Positions 35,878-45,373 of a stretch of 52,819 nucleotides of DNA are shown in pieces. The notes under the pieces are model-generated. The model made no database searches. It saw only the letters and a list, made by a program, of their open reading frames with translations, and was not told the DNA's origin. The stretch is from Prevotellaceae bacterium (lineage in GTDB: Bacteria; Bacteroidota; Bacteroidia; Bacteroidales; Bacteroidaceae): assembly GCA_022763905.1 (NCBI GenBank), contig JALERS010000129.1:1-52819 (forward strand), read 5' to 3'. Positions within the stretch are counted from its first letter, which is position 1. Each line of letters opens with the position of its first letter. Both the position numbers and the translations under genes were made by a program.

Positions 35878-36056
35878 GATGAAGAGAAAAAGAGTCCGTT
35901 GAAATAAGGAAAAGACTCCTTTTGGAAATGAAGTTGATTGAATGGCCCAAAGAGTCATCGGTGCTCAGCAAAAGAATCGTCGGTGATCAGCAAAAGAATC
36001 GACGATGCTAAGAGAAAGCAGTCAATATACTCTCAGAAATCACTTAACTGTGGGAG
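35878..36056 (+). repeat. dispersed element E, copy B (partner at 8347-8598)
   Basis: It has the same 31-nt left and 34-nt right flanks as copy A. It begins about 85 nt after the lipoprotein stop codon. Confidence 0.85.
35960..36025 (+). repeat. tandem array of three 22-bp units inside element E copy B
   Basis: The units are GGTGCTCAGCAAAAGAATCGTC, GGTGATCAGCAAAAGAATCGAC and GATGCTAAGAGAAAGCAGTCAA. Confidence 0.85.
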
Positions 36057-36092
36057 TAACATCATTTGGTTGAGCGGACGGTATATTAAGTT

Positions 36093-36377
36093 TTAGAGTA
36101 TGTCCCCATCAACATCTTCACTAAGATGGTTGTCGGTTGGACTTAAAGCTATATGGCTGGAAGGTTGTCGTTTTAGCCTCATTTCACTCAGAGCAATGAG
36201 TCGCTGAAGACGGACGTTGTCTATATTTTTTGACTTGATGAGACGTTTATTGTATTTCCACCAATTCAAAAGACCTCTGTGTTCTTCTTTTTTCTTATCG
36301 GGAAATTGTTTGTGTATTAGGATATATTCATAAAGCTTCAGATAATTGTATTCCCATTTTGTTTCATTTTTGGTCAT
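36093..36377 (-). CDS. orphan helicase-associated (HA) domain mini-protein, 94 aa
   Basis: MTKNETKWEYNYLKLYEYILIHKQFPDKKKEEHRGLLNWWKYNKRLIKSKNIDNVRLQRLIALSEMRL fits the W-x2-N/x-Y...LxxWxxxxR...L...R...L pattern of the helicase-associated domain (PF03457-like). The upstream 81 codons of the track ORF are AT-rich low complexity and are excluded. Confidence 0.55.
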   Translation of the reverse strand: MTKNETKWEYNYLKLYEYILIHKQFPDKKKEEHRGLLNWWKYNKRLIKSKNIDNVRLQRLIALSEMRLKRQPSSHIALSPTDNHLSEDVDGDIL

Positions 36378-36404
36378 GGATAGTATTATTGGTAAATTGT
36401 TATG

Positions 36405-36412
36405 CAAATATA
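36405..36412 (-). promoter_or_regulatory. -7 box TATATTTG (minus strand) upstream of the HA-domain ORF
   Basis: The plus-strand CAAATATA lies 28 nt upstream of the ATG at 36377. Confidence 0.4.
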
Positions 36413-36634
36413 GAATATTAGTGTTATTTAGAAATAAGGAATGTATATTCAAAGATAGTATTGTCAAAGAAGAGGTATATGAATTTGTGAAAAAACAGTT
36501 TCTATCTGTGAGAAATGTCAAGCCGAGAATGCGTTTTGAAAAATTTGGGAGTGCCTTTAGAGAAGAAGGCATTGAGTGGAATTTTTTTTGAAAAAAAATG
36601 AATGATATCGGAAGGGTCATGAGTAAACATTATG

Positions 36635-36642
36635 TATTTTTG
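36635..36642 (+). promoter_or_regulatory. -7 box TATTTTTG upstream of maeB
   Basis: TAnnTTTG match about 90 nt upstream of the ATG at 36731. Confidence 0.35.
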
Positions 36643-36730
36643 TCAAGTGAAAATGCATCCGTCTTCCAAAGTCTGATGGACTGAGTTGTGGGATGTGAAG
36701 TAGAAGAAATTCCCTTAAAATGAATGCGAT

Positions 36731-39016
36731 ATGAAAATAAAAGATGAAGAAGCCCTCCGATACCATTCCATGGGCAAACCTGGAAAAATAGAAATACACC
36801 CTACAAAACCTTATTCTACCCAGAAAGACCTGTCTTTGGCATATTCTCCAGGTGTGGCTGTACCTTGTCTGAAAATTCAGGATAATCAGGAAGATGTCTA
36901 CAAATATACCAATAAGGGAAACTTGGTGGCAGTGATATCAAATGGAACTGCAGTACTGGGCTTGGGTAACATCGGTGCCATGAGCGGAAAACCTGTCATG
37001 GAGGGGAAATGCCTCTTGTTCAAAATATATGCAGGAGTAGACGCATTTGATATAGAAGTCAATGAAAACGATCCTGATAGATTCATTGAGGCAGTCAAAG
37101 CGATTGCACCTACTTTTGGCGGCATTAATCTGGAGGATATTAAGGCGCCTGAATGCTTTGAGATTGAGCGCCGTCTGAAGGAGGAGCTGGATATTCCCGT
37201 GATGCATGATGATCAACATGGTACTGCAATTATTTCTGCGGCAGGTCTACTCAATGCTTGTGAGATAGCAGGTAAACGGTTGGAGGATATTCATATGGTG
37301 GTGAGTGGTGCTGGAGCAGCGGCCATTGCCTGTACTCGTCTGTATGTGTCATTAGGTGTTCGCAAAGAAAATGTCCTGATGATTGACCGCAGTGGAGTCA
37401 TCACTTCCGACCGTGAAAATCTTACACCTCAGAAATTGGAGTTTGCTACTGGCCGGAAAGATGTTCATACGCTAGAAGAGGCGATTCGGGGAGCTGATGT
37501 CTTTGTAGGCTTGTCGCAGGCAGGTGTGCTTACACAAGACATGGTGAAGAGCATGGCCGACAATCCTATCATATTTGCATTAGCCAATCCTAATCCGGAA
37601 ATATCTTACGAAGATGCTACGGCAGCTCGACCTGATGTGATAATGAGTACGGGCCGTTCCGACTATCCCAATCAGATTAATAATGTGATAGGCTTCCCAT
37701 ATATATTTCGTGGGGCTTTGGATACGGCAGCAACCTGTATTAATGAGGAAATGAAGATTGCTGCAGTAAAAGCCATTGCCGAGTTGGCTAAGGCTCCGGT
37801 TCCAGATGTGGTTAACCGAATTTATCAGGTCAATCAGTTCACATTCGGAAAGGATTATTTCATTCCCAAACCTGTAGACCCGCGTCTTATCACATGGGTG
37901 AGTATTGCAGTAGCCAAGGCTGCCATGCGTAGCGGAGTAGCTCGTAAGAAAATTGACAACTGGGGGGAATACCGTATACGCTTGAGGGAACTGATGGGAC
38001 AGGAGACTAAGTTCACCCGTTCCTTGTATGATGCTGCCCGACGCTCCCCTAAGAAGGTGGTTTTTGCTGAAGGTTCCCATCCCAAGATGATTCAGGCTGC
38101 CGTATTGGCCAAGGAGGAAGGAATATGTACACCGATACTACTAGGTAGCAAAGAGTTTATCGCTCAAAGGGCCAAGGAATTGAACATTAACATCTCCAAT
38201 ATATCTATTGTCAATCTCAGGGATACGGCATTGGCTTCCAAGCGAGAGGAATATGCTACCTTCCTTGCCAAGATGAGGCAGCGTGAAGGCATTACATTTG
38301 ATATGGCTAATGACATGATGTATGACCGTAACTATTTTGGCATGATGATGGTGGAAACTGGAGATGCAGATGCCCTTATCACTGGTCAGTATAGCAAGAA
38401 CAGTGATACCATACAGGCAGCCAAATCCATTATCGGCATCCGTGAGCCTTTCAAACATTTTGGTGCGATGCATATTGTCAATAGCAAGAAAGGTCTTTTC
38501 TTTATTGCTGATACGTTAATTAATAGGCAATCTAGTCCAGAGGCTATCTATGATATTGCACGTCTTACGGCTCAGTCGGTGAAATTCTTCAACCGCAAAC
38601 CGGTCATGGCTTTAGTTTCATATTCTAATTTTGGTAGTGACAAATCTGGTTCTCCTTCCATGATGCACGAGATAGTGGAGCGCCTTCAGAAGGAATATCC
38701 CAATATGGATGTTGACGGAGAAATGCAGGTTAATTTTGCACTTAACAATGAGTTGCGTGACAAGAAGTATCCATTTACGCGCCTCAAGGGAAAGAAGGTG
38801 AACACCTTGATATTCCCTAATCTGAGTTCGGCCAATAGTTGTTGTCAGATACTTCAGGGTATGGGGGAACATGTGGAACTCATAGGTCCTATCCAGATGG
38901 GACTTAATAAACCTATTCATTTCACAGATGCGGAAAGTACGGTACATGAAATTGTGGACCTTACTGCTGTCGCTGTCATTGATGCCATTGTTCAGGAAAA
39001 GATTCATAAGCATTAG
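36731..39016 (+). CDS. maeB: NADP-dependent malic enzyme (malic enzyme plus phosphate acetyltransferase-like domain)
   Basis: 761 aa with an N-terminal malic enzyme domain (LSLAYSPGVA, VISNGTAVLGLGNIG, FGGINLEDI) and a C-terminal PTA-like domain. Confidence 0.95.
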   Translation: MKIKDEEALRYHSMGKPGKIEIHPTKPYSTQKDLSLAYSPGVAVPCLKIQDNQEDVYKYTNKGNLVAVISNGTAVLGLGNIGAMSGKPVMEGKCLLFKIYAGVDAFDIEVNENDPDRFIEAVKAIAPTFGGINLEDIKAPECFEIERRLKEELDIPVMHDDQHGTAIISAAGLLNACEIAGKRLEDIHMVVSGAGAAAIACTRLYVSLGVRKENVLMIDRSGVITSDRENLTPQKLEFATGRKDVHTLEEAIRGADVFVGLSQAGVLTQDMVKSMADNPIIFALANPNPEISYEDATAARPDVIMSTGRSDYPNQINNVIGFPYIFRGALDTAATCINEEMKIAAVKAIAELAKAPVPDVVNRIYQVNQFTFGKDYFIPKPVDPRLITWVSIAVAKAAMRSGVARKKIDNWGEYRIRLRELMGQETKFTRSLYDAARRSPKKVVFAEGSHPKMIQAAVLAKEEGICTPILLGSKEFIAQRAKELNINISNISIVNLRDTALASKREEYATFLAKMRQREGITFDMANDMMYDRNYFGMMMVETGDADALITGQYSKNSDTIQAAKSIIGIREPFKHFGAMHIVNSKKGLFFIADTLINRQSSPEAIYDIARLTAQSVKFFNRKPVMALVSYSNFGSDKSGSPSMMHEIVERLQKEYPNMDVDGEMQVNFALNNELRDKKYPFTRLKGKKVNTLIFPNLSSANSCCQILQGMGEHVELIGPIQMGLNKPIHFTDAESTVHEIVDLTAVAVIDAIVQEKIHKH

Positions 39017-39039
39017 AGGTAGAGGATATACTATGTCTT

Positions 39040-39621
39040 ATGAAAAAAGTCTTGGTTATCAATGCCAGCCCTCGGAAACAGGGGAATGTGTCGCAGATGC
39101 TTCATGTCATAACTGAGGAACTTACAGGTGCAGGTGCAGAAGTGGGTGTGGAGTATGCCAACCATTGGCAAGTTCGTCCGTGTATGGGATGTATGGCATG
39201 CCGTAGTAGTCATCATTGTGTACTTCCTCCAGATGATGCTCAGCATGTCCTGACAGCTATTTGTGAAGCAGATGCCTTGGTGATTGGTGCTCCCTGTTAT
39301 TGGGGCAACATCCCAGGAACGCTCAAGTTGTTGTTTGATCGTATTGTTTATGGCCTGATGGATGAAACACCTAGGGGAATCCCCATACCATTGCACAAAG
39401 GAAAGCGATGTCTGCTTGTCAGTAGTTGTACCACCCCGTGGCCTTTGAATATCCTCTTGCACCAGTCGCGAGGTGCTTTACGTGCGCTTCGTGAAATATG
39501 TAACTACAGTGGCTTCCATATAGTGGGAACGGTAGAAAAAGGAGGAACCCGACGCAGTACGGGATTGTCTAGAAGGGAAGAAAGAAAATGCAGGAAACTG
39601 GCTCGTGTTCTATTGGCATAG
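39040..39621 (+). CDS. flavodoxin-like NAD(P)H-dependent FMN reductase family protein (iron-sulfur flavoprotein-like)
   Basis: 193 aa with MKKVLVINASPRKQGN, the cysteine cluster CMGCMACRSSHHC, and APCYWGNIPG. Confidence 0.7.
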   Translation: MKKVLVINASPRKQGNVSQMLHVITEELTGAGAEVGVEYANHWQVRPCMGCMACRSSHHCVLPPDDAQHVLTAICEADALVIGAPCYWGNIPGTLKLLFDRIVYGLMDETPRGIPIPLHKGKRCLLVSSCTTPWPLNILLHQSRGALRALREICNYSGFHIVGTVEKGGTRRSTGLSRREERKCRKLARVLLA

Positions 39622-39704
39622 AATATTCATTTGGTCGGATGAGTATTTTCTGCGGATGGTACGGCAAGAGTATACTGGTATATAGGAAGGGCACAATGAC
39701 GAAA

Positions 39705-39744
39705 AACAGGAAATTACCATAGATAAAGGTTAATTTCCTGTTTT
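39705..39744. terminator. bidirectional hairpin terminator between the flavoprotein gene and tRNA-Thr
   Basis: A 12-bp stem, AACAGGAAATTA (39705-39716) pairing with TAATTTCCTGTT (39731-39742). It is flanked by an A-run on the left and a T-run on the right. Confidence 0.6.
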
Positions 39745-39774
39745 GAGTGTTTCTGAAAAGGGATGTTGAAAATG

Positions 39775-39847
39775 AGCCGAAACCGGGACTCGAACCCGGG
39801 ACCTATTCATTACGAATGAATTGCTCTACCAACTGAGCCATTTCGGC
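39775..39847 (-). tRNA. tRNA-Thr (anticodon CGU)
   Basis: Hand-folded cloverleaf of 73 nt: GCCGAAA-TG-GCTC-AGTTGGTA-GAGC-A-ATTCA-TTCGTAA-TGAAT-AGGTC-CCGGG-TTCGAGT-CCCGG-TTTCGGC-T. The anticodon loop is TT-CGT-AA, and CCA is not encoded. Confidence 0.95.
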
Positions 39848-39859
39848 ATAACTGACATG

Positions 39860-39867
39860 CAAAGTTA
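39860..39867 (-). promoter_or_regulatory. -7 box TAACTTTG (minus strand) upstream of tRNA-Thr
   Basis: The plus-strand CAAAGTTA lies 13 nt upstream of the mature tRNA 5' end. Confidence 0.5.
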
Positions 39868-39940
39868 CGAAAAAATCAGTAATGAGACGTAAGCTGTAAT
39901 CGGTTTTTCTTCTCTTCAGTCCTCACTCTATTGGCAGTTC

Positions 39941-40960
39941 TCACTGGATACCTTTGTCATTGAGAGCTTGAGAGTATTTGTGGGCATTTTTCAGATGCTC
40001 TTCATAAGTGCGTGCAAAATTGTGGGTTCCAGAGAAATCTTCTTTGGCACACATATAGAGATAGTCATGATGAGTATAGTGGAGTACAGCTTCAATGCCT
40101 TCGATGGACGGGGTGCGGATGGGGCCTGGGGGTAATCCTATATTCAAGTAGGTGTTGTACGGATTGTTTGTGCGGGTGTGATGTGTATAGATACGCTTGA
40201 GTCCGAATTGCCTTACCGCGAATTTAACTGTTGGATCGGCCTGTAGGGGCATTCCTGCATGTAAACGGTTGATGTACATTCCGGCAATGTGAGGTTTCTC
40301 GTCATTGTTGGCAGTCTCCTCGTCAACAATGGAGGCCAGTGTCATTACTTCATTGGGCGTTAGGGCTATCTGTCTGGCTTGCTCCTGTCTTTCTGTATTC
40401 CAAAAGGACTTGCTCTCCATGGTCATTCTGTGGAATAATTGGGGGAGAGAGATGTTCCAATAGACTTCATAGGTGTTGGGGAGGAACAAGGATATGACAT
40501 TGGATGTGTCGGTGGTGTAGGCTTGGCAGAATGTGCTGTCATGGAAAGCTTGGTCTAATGCGGTAGAGTCCAACATGAGTTTTCTTCCAAGTTCTCCCGC
40601 CAATATGTGGGTTGTGCGCACTGGCTGGATAGTGAGACGTATAGGTGTTTGCATGCCACTCCTTAACTGACGCACCAGCGAGAGGATATTGCAGGAGGGA
40701 TGTAAGGCATAATGACCAGTACGGATATGGGATGAATATCCAGCAACATTGAGCAGCAGACGCAACATCCATGTGTGGTGATGGTCCGATACCTTACTAT
40801 AATGGATGCATACAGAGTCTAGATTGTCATCCTCGTCAATATAGAGGGAAGTTGTTCCGGTAGTGGGAATGGGTGTGAGACATAGAAATAATGGTGTTCC
40901 CACTAAGAACAGGGCGATGACAATCAGAAACCTTGTTGTATGTCGATACATGTTTTTCAT
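39941..40960 (-). CDS. mltG: endolytic murein transglycosylase MltG (YceG-like)
   Basis: 339 aa with an N-terminal TM helix. LASIVDEETANNDEKPHIAGMYINRLHAGMPLQADPTV and YNTYLNIGLPPGPI are typical YceG motifs. Confidence 0.9.
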   Translation of the reverse strand: MKNMYRHTTRFLIVIALFLVGTPLFLCLTPIPTTGTTSLYIDEDDNLDSVCIHYSKVSDHHHTWMLRLLLNVAGYSSHIRTGHYALHPSCNILSLVRQLRSGMQTPIRLTIQPVRTTHILAGELGRKLMLDSTALDQAFHDSTFCQAYTTDTSNVISLFLPNTYEVYWNISLPQLFHRMTMESKSFWNTERQEQARQIALTPNEVMTLASIVDEETANNDEKPHIAGMYINRLHAGMPLQADPTVKFAVRQFGLKRIYTHHTRTNNPYNTYLNIGLPPGPIRTPSIEGIEAVLHYTHHDYLYMCAKEDFSGTHNFARTYEEHLKNAHKYSQALNDKGIQ

Positions 40961-40989
40961 GAGGATGAATGATAGAAGGGAGGTGGTAT

Positions 40990-43536
40990 TTAGGAATGAG
41001 CAATCAACTGACGGATGTGGTTGTTGTATTCATCCTGTTGCATGAGGTCTTCAATATAGATATGCATTCTGTAGCGCCAATAATGGCGTGGGCAGGCAGG
41101 CCGATTGATGACTTCTTCCTCAGGATGTGGATGCCGCAACTGACTATCTATGGCTAACCAGTCTTGTAAAGCGATGATGCAAAGAAGAGAAGGTGACTTG
41201 AGATGGTCGAAGACGATACGTTCTGCCATCTCAGGTGAGAGGGTTTCAGGAGCTGGCCCATATCCTCCCATACGTTGCTCGAAGTATTGCTGCGCAGCTG
41301 TTCTATTGGTAGTCCACCAAAGTCTGAGAGGCTCCATGTCATGGGTTGTAATGGTGTCAACCGAATTAATAGGATTGTTAGGTAACCAACTGAAAGGACC
41401 TTCTCCATGACGCTTGGGCATGCTTTGTACTTCAAGCGACAAGATACCGAAATACTGCATGATGCCATGGACACAATCTGGTACCATACCTAGGTCTTCA
41501 GCACATACCAGCATGGGGGATGCATATACGACACAGGGAAGACGTTTCATTCCTTCTTCTGCCCAGAAGCTGTTGTGGCGGTGGTTGAAGAAGTCATCAT
41601 GGATGCGGTCAAATGCCTGTTTGTCTTGATAGGATAATTGGGAATAATGTTGGGTACTATGTCCGCTGATGGCTGGATGGAACAAGTTGGGATTCTTCTC
41701 ATCCCGGATGAAGAGTACGTTCCAATCTTCTCCGTCTTGCGGATGACAGACAGCGTCCAAAGGAGTGCTGAAGCCGTAGTTTTGTATCTCAGCCTCTGTC
41801 ATCGGGAGATCTGGGAGGAAATGTCCCAGTCTGCCGTCTGAAGTTCCATATGGAATCTGCCATATTCGGAAGAATCCCAAAATATGGTCAATACGGAAGG
41901 CATCAAAGAAATGAGCCATATACTGCAGACGTTTTTTCCACCATATTCCATTGTCCTTGAGTATATTGTTCCAGTTGTAGGTAGGGAATCCCCAATTCTG
42001 TCCCAGTGCAGAAAAGAAATCTGGTGGCGCTCCTGCCTGTCCGTTGAAATGGAAATAATCGGGATAGAACCAAGTTGTGGCACTATCACGGCTTACACCT
42101 ATGGGCATGTCACCTTTGAGAATGACTCCCCGCCTTTGTGCTCTGTCATGTACGAGAGCTAATTGAGTGGCAAGAATATACTGTACCCACAAGTGAAAAT
42201 ACATTTTCTCCCTTTGTGTACTATCAGAAAAGTACTGGGCCAGTTCGGCATCATTGTGTTGACTGAACTTTGGCCATTGGCGGTAGTCGGCAGTACCATA
42301 TTGTTCCATGAGGACCTTAAAGGAACAATAGGGACGAAGCCACCAGGAATGATAGTAATAAAAGGTGGAGATGGACATGTCTGCCAGGTGGTAATCACCT
42401 TCCGATGGATGGGAGCGCAGTTGGCCCATGATTTCAGCTTTGTGCTCTTCATAATAGTCTTTCAGAAAACTATTCTTCAGTAAGTTTACCTGTTCATAGT
42501 CTACTTGCGGTAAGGCATTGAGCTTTTCCCTTTGGCTTTCGTACCACTCCTGTTTGCGTTTGTCACCGAGAGGGGACAGGGCATTGAGATTGGCATACAT
42601 GGGATGGAGGGCGAAGATGGAGATAGCGTTATAAGGGTAGGAATCTTCCCAATGCCCGGTGCGTGTGGTGTCATTGATGGGCAACACTTGAAGTGCTCTC
42701 ATATTGACAGAAGAAGCCCATTCTACCATTTTGTCCAAATCATGGAAGTCGCCTACTCCCCAACTTTCTCGTGACCGTAAGGAGAATACAGGTACTACAA
42801 TACCTGCCAGGCGTCCGTCACGTTGGGGCAATCGCAATGGAGAGAGTTCCAAATAGAGAGCCTTTGAGGACGAATTATCCATGCCGTTAGAAACTCTATT
42901 CTCACCGCTTTCCCAGATAACATCATCTCCTGTGTCTGACTTGAGGAGAAACTTGTAAGTTACTGGCCATTTCCGAGGATGGTTTTTGTAAGTCAGGGTG
43001 TAAGTATAGTTGTCTGTATGCTGCATGGGGACAGCTTTGCGGATGTCCCAGTTACCTAAGTTGACGGTATCACCTGATATATAGAGACTATAGCCTGTAG
43101 GACATAGGTAGTCCTGCACAATGACTTGAAATGCTGTATTGTGGATGTTGGTAGGAGGAATATCAAACGGGTAGATGCATTGACGGAATGCGGATGAATA
43201 ACGATAGTTGTTTTTTTCTGTGTGAGGAATGAAACAGCATTTCATCAGATTGTGCGCCCTGGTGGAATATAGCAGACTATGGCAAAGATAGGGTTCGGTG
43301 TCTATTTTCCTGTTGCCTCGCCATACTTCGAAATGGAAGTTGACTGTGTGATGGGCGTCCAAAGGAAAAGATAGACTCCCTTTCCATGTATCTTTTTCCG
43401 TCTGAAACATTTCCGTCTGTTCAGCAGGGTTATCATGCAGTTGACGGGCTGGTTTCCATATTATGAAGATTCGGTCTTCCGGCTCAAAAGTGTGGTATTC
43501 TACAGTAATATCAAAAGGTGTGTATTTGGAATGCAT
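40990..43536 (-). CDS. malQ: 4-alpha-glucanotransferase (GH77, amylomaltase) with N-terminal carbohydrate-binding modules
   Basis: 848 aa with a GH77 core (GIVVPVFSLRS...GVGDF, FRIDHILGFFRIW, CAEDLG, ITTHDMEP) and N-terminal beta-sandwich repeats. Confidence 0.9.
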   Translation of the reverse strand: MHSKYTPFDITVEYHTFEPEDRIFIIWKPARQLHDNPAEQTEMFQTEKDTWKGSLSFPLDAHHTVNFHFEVWRGNRKIDTEPYLCHSLLYSTRAHNLMKCCFIPHTEKNNYRYSSAFRQCIYPFDIPPTNIHNTAFQVIVQDYLCPTGYSLYISGDTVNLGNWDIRKAVPMQHTDNYTYTLTYKNHPRKWPVTYKFLLKSDTGDDVIWESGENRVSNGMDNSSSKALYLELSPLRLPQRDGRLAGIVVPVFSLRSRESWGVGDFHDLDKMVEWASSVNMRALQVLPINDTTRTGHWEDSYPYNAISIFALHPMYANLNALSPLGDKRKQEWYESQREKLNALPQVDYEQVNLLKNSFLKDYYEEHKAEIMGQLRSHPSEGDYHLADMSISTFYYYHSWWLRPYCSFKVLMEQYGTADYRQWPKFSQHNDAELAQYFSDSTQREKMYFHLWVQYILATQLALVHDRAQRRGVILKGDMPIGVSRDSATTWFYPDYFHFNGQAGAPPDFFSALGQNWGFPTYNWNNILKDNGIWWKKRLQYMAHFFDAFRIDHILGFFRIWQIPYGTSDGRLGHFLPDLPMTEAEIQNYGFSTPLDAVCHPQDGEDWNVLFIRDEKNPNLFHPAISGHSTQHYSQLSYQDKQAFDRIHDDFFNHRHNSFWAEEGMKRLPCVVYASPMLVCAEDLGMVPDCVHGIMQYFGILSLEVQSMPKRHGEGPFSWLPNNPINSVDTITTHDMEPLRLWWTTNRTAAQQYFEQRMGGYGPAPETLSPEMAERIVFDHLKSPSLLCIIALQDWLAIDSQLRHPHPEEEVINRPACPRHYWRYRMHIYIEDLMQQDEYNNHIRQLIAHS

Positions 43537-43615
43537 AGACGCTTGTTGTTGTTTTTATAAGTGCTTGGATAAGTTGGCAGAAAGGGATTTTTGGGGTAGA
43601 CTATCAGGATTTGAT

Positions 43616-44437
43616 TCATAAACTAATGTCTTTCAACGTAAATCCTTCCATGATGCGACTTCGGTCAACATGACCTTTGATACCGGTAATATTGCCTCGG
43701 GCAGTATATTGCCAGACAGCATAACGGCGTCCATCATTGAGGATGGGCTGATAGTCCCTGTAAAAGGCTAACATGAGCATGTATTTTTCAAAACCTTTTC
43801 CTTGCAGGTGTTTATTGTAAAAATTGACAAATGTATAAAGCATGGGTTTTTTGCCGTAATAGCGTGTCAGTGCTTCCATGAACTGGTGGAGACGACTGGC
43901 TAAGAGTTCGTTGCTTACACCATTGGTGTGCTCAACATCGACTATGGGGATGAGATCCTGCTCTTCCTTCTTGACACACGCAGTCATGTTGGCTAACTGT
44001 ATCTCAACAGGAACATTACCTCTGAAAAAATGGTAACTGCCTACCTTGAGACCATAGCGACGGGCTTCTCGGATATTGTAGGCGTAGCAGTCGTCAACAA
44101 GGGATGCTCCTTCTGATGCTTTGATGTAGACATAGCCTGCGGTACGGGTAGCTGCTACTGCCGCCCAATCAATAGTTCCTTGATAATGGGAGACATCAAT
44201 ACCTTCTCGAATGACGCATATAGAATCGCTTATAAGAGATACTTCTTCTAAGGGACGAATGTTGCTGTGAGGTTGAGGCTGGATAGCAAGGGGGTCAGGT
44301 TCGGGAGTATAAATGATATTCAATGCTTCCTTCTTCTTGTTTTTCTCTTTCCCGGCAACGGATACACAGAGTAGACTGCATATAAAAATAAGAAGGATGT
44401 GGCAGCTACAGATATGTAGTATAGGACGGGAAAGCAT
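43616..44437 (-). CDS. GH25 muramidase (lysozyme), secreted
   Basis: 273 aa with the GH25 signature GIDVSHYQGTIDWAAV...YVYIKASEG and a signal/TM N-terminus. Confidence 0.85.
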   Translation of the reverse strand: MLSRPILHICSCHILLIFICSLLCVSVAGKEKNKKKEALNIIYTPEPDPLAIQPQPHSNIRPLEEVSLISDSICVIREGIDVSHYQGTIDWAAVAATRTAGYVYIKASEGASLVDDCYAYNIREARRYGLKVGSYHFFRGNVPVEIQLANMTACVKKEEQDLIPIVDVEHTNGVSNELLASRLHQFMEALTRYYGKKPMLYTFVNFYNKHLQGKGFEKYMLMLAFYRDYQPILNDGRRYAVWQYTARGNITGIKGHVDRSRIMEGFTLKDISL

Positions 44438-44471
44438 GAGTATATTATATATGTATGTGTTTTTTCAACGA

Positions 44472-44479
44472 CAAAGATA
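44472..44479 (-). promoter_or_regulatory. -7 box TATCTTTG (minus strand) upstream of the GH25 gene
   Basis: The plus-strand CAAAGATA lies 35 nt upstream of the ATG at 44437. Confidence 0.45.
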
Positions 44480-44535
44480 ATCAATTTTCAAGGAAACTCA
44501 TGAAAGAAGATATCCCTTTTCCCCAAGAATAGTAA

Positions 44536-45324
44536 TTATGGAGTTTTTTTGTCGGAGAGGAGGGGCATGGTCCATTGTCCTTTCTTCTGGGTGGAATTCC
44601 TGTATGCCACAGCATGGTGGGGACAATGATGGTAGCAGGAGAGGCACATGGCGCAATGGTTATTCCAATGAGGAATTCCATCAATGAGACTGATGTTGTG
44701 CAACGGACATACTTGGGTGCAGATGCCGCAGCCTACACAGTTTTTTTCTGCACGGAATGCCTTACTGCTCATAAGGAATTTTCTGAATAGGTAGCCGAGG
44801 AAATAGGTCTTTGTGCGGGGTAACTTACCAGGAAACAGGATATATTTTCCGCGTACGTTTTTCTGGACGTCTTGACAGATGCTGACAATCAGTTGTTGGG
44901 CTTGTGTTAGTTTTTGGTTGACTACAGAGTCGCTGTCAGTGTCAAATCCAGGCAGACATACATAGGTGTTGGGCATACGGATAGAGAATATACTATCTAT
45001 GTGCCAACCTTTTTGGGTCATGAGACGAATGGCTTCTTTGCCAGTCATGCCCATGTCATCACCATATGTGCATGCCATGTAGATATATGTGTTGTCAGAG
45101 ATTGTGTCTATCTGCAGATGTTGGATAAATGTCCTGACCCATATGGGAATGTTCCAGCCGTAGATAGGAAATACTATTCCCAGCCTTTCCGAGGGTTTGA
45201 GATGGTAATGGAACTGCTGTTGCATGACAGCCTCGGCTATGCTGGTCATTGAGTCTCCTGTTGCCTGTGCTATTTGTTGGGCCAACCAGCGAGAATTGCC
45301 ACTTCCGGAAAACCAGAATATCAT
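44536..45324 (-). CDS. EFR1-family flavodoxin-like protein with a C-terminal 2x[4Fe-4S] ferredoxin domain
   Basis: 262 aa with a flavodoxin-like N-terminus (MIFWFSGSGNSRWLA) and the cysteine motifs CVGCGICTQVCP and CAMCLSCYHHCP. Confidence 0.7.
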   Translation of the reverse strand: MIFWFSGSGNSRWLAQQIAQATGDSMTSIAEAVMQQQFHYHLKPSERLGIVFPIYGWNIPIWVRTFIQHLQIDTISDNTYIYMACTYGDDMGMTGKEAIRLMTQKGWHIDSIFSIRMPNTYVCLPGFDTDSDSVVNQKLTQAQQLIVSICQDVQKNVRGKYILFPGKLPRTKTYFLGYLFRKFLMSSKAFRAEKNCVGCGICTQVCPLHNISLIDGIPHWNNHCAMCLSCYHHCPHHAVAYRNSTQKKGQWTMPLLSDKKTP

Positions 45325-45373
45325 AGGGAATGATTGTTTTTATATGGTCGGTTGGGAGGAGGGTAGTGTGAGG

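Noticed and set aside
36060-36092. Partial resemblance of TATGTCCCCATCAACATCTTCACTAAG to the R repeat terminus
   Set aside because: Only about 70 percent similar. The stretch is the coding 3' end of the HA-domain ORF on the opposite strand (…HLSEDVDGDIL*), so the similarity is probably fortuitous.
36378-36620. N-terminal 81 codons of the 175-aa track ORF 36093-36620, and the opposite-strand ORF 36346-36591
   Set aside because: This is AT-rich intergenic-looking sequence giving F/L/N/I/S-rich translation. It contains two promoter-like boxes for the downstream HA-domain ORF, and the HA-domain similarity begins only at Met82.
39622-39941. tRNA-Thr as a possible integration site for a genomic island
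   Set aside because: I found no duplicated copy of the tRNA 3' end and no integrase nearby. The flanks are ordinary genes separated by a bidirectional terminator.
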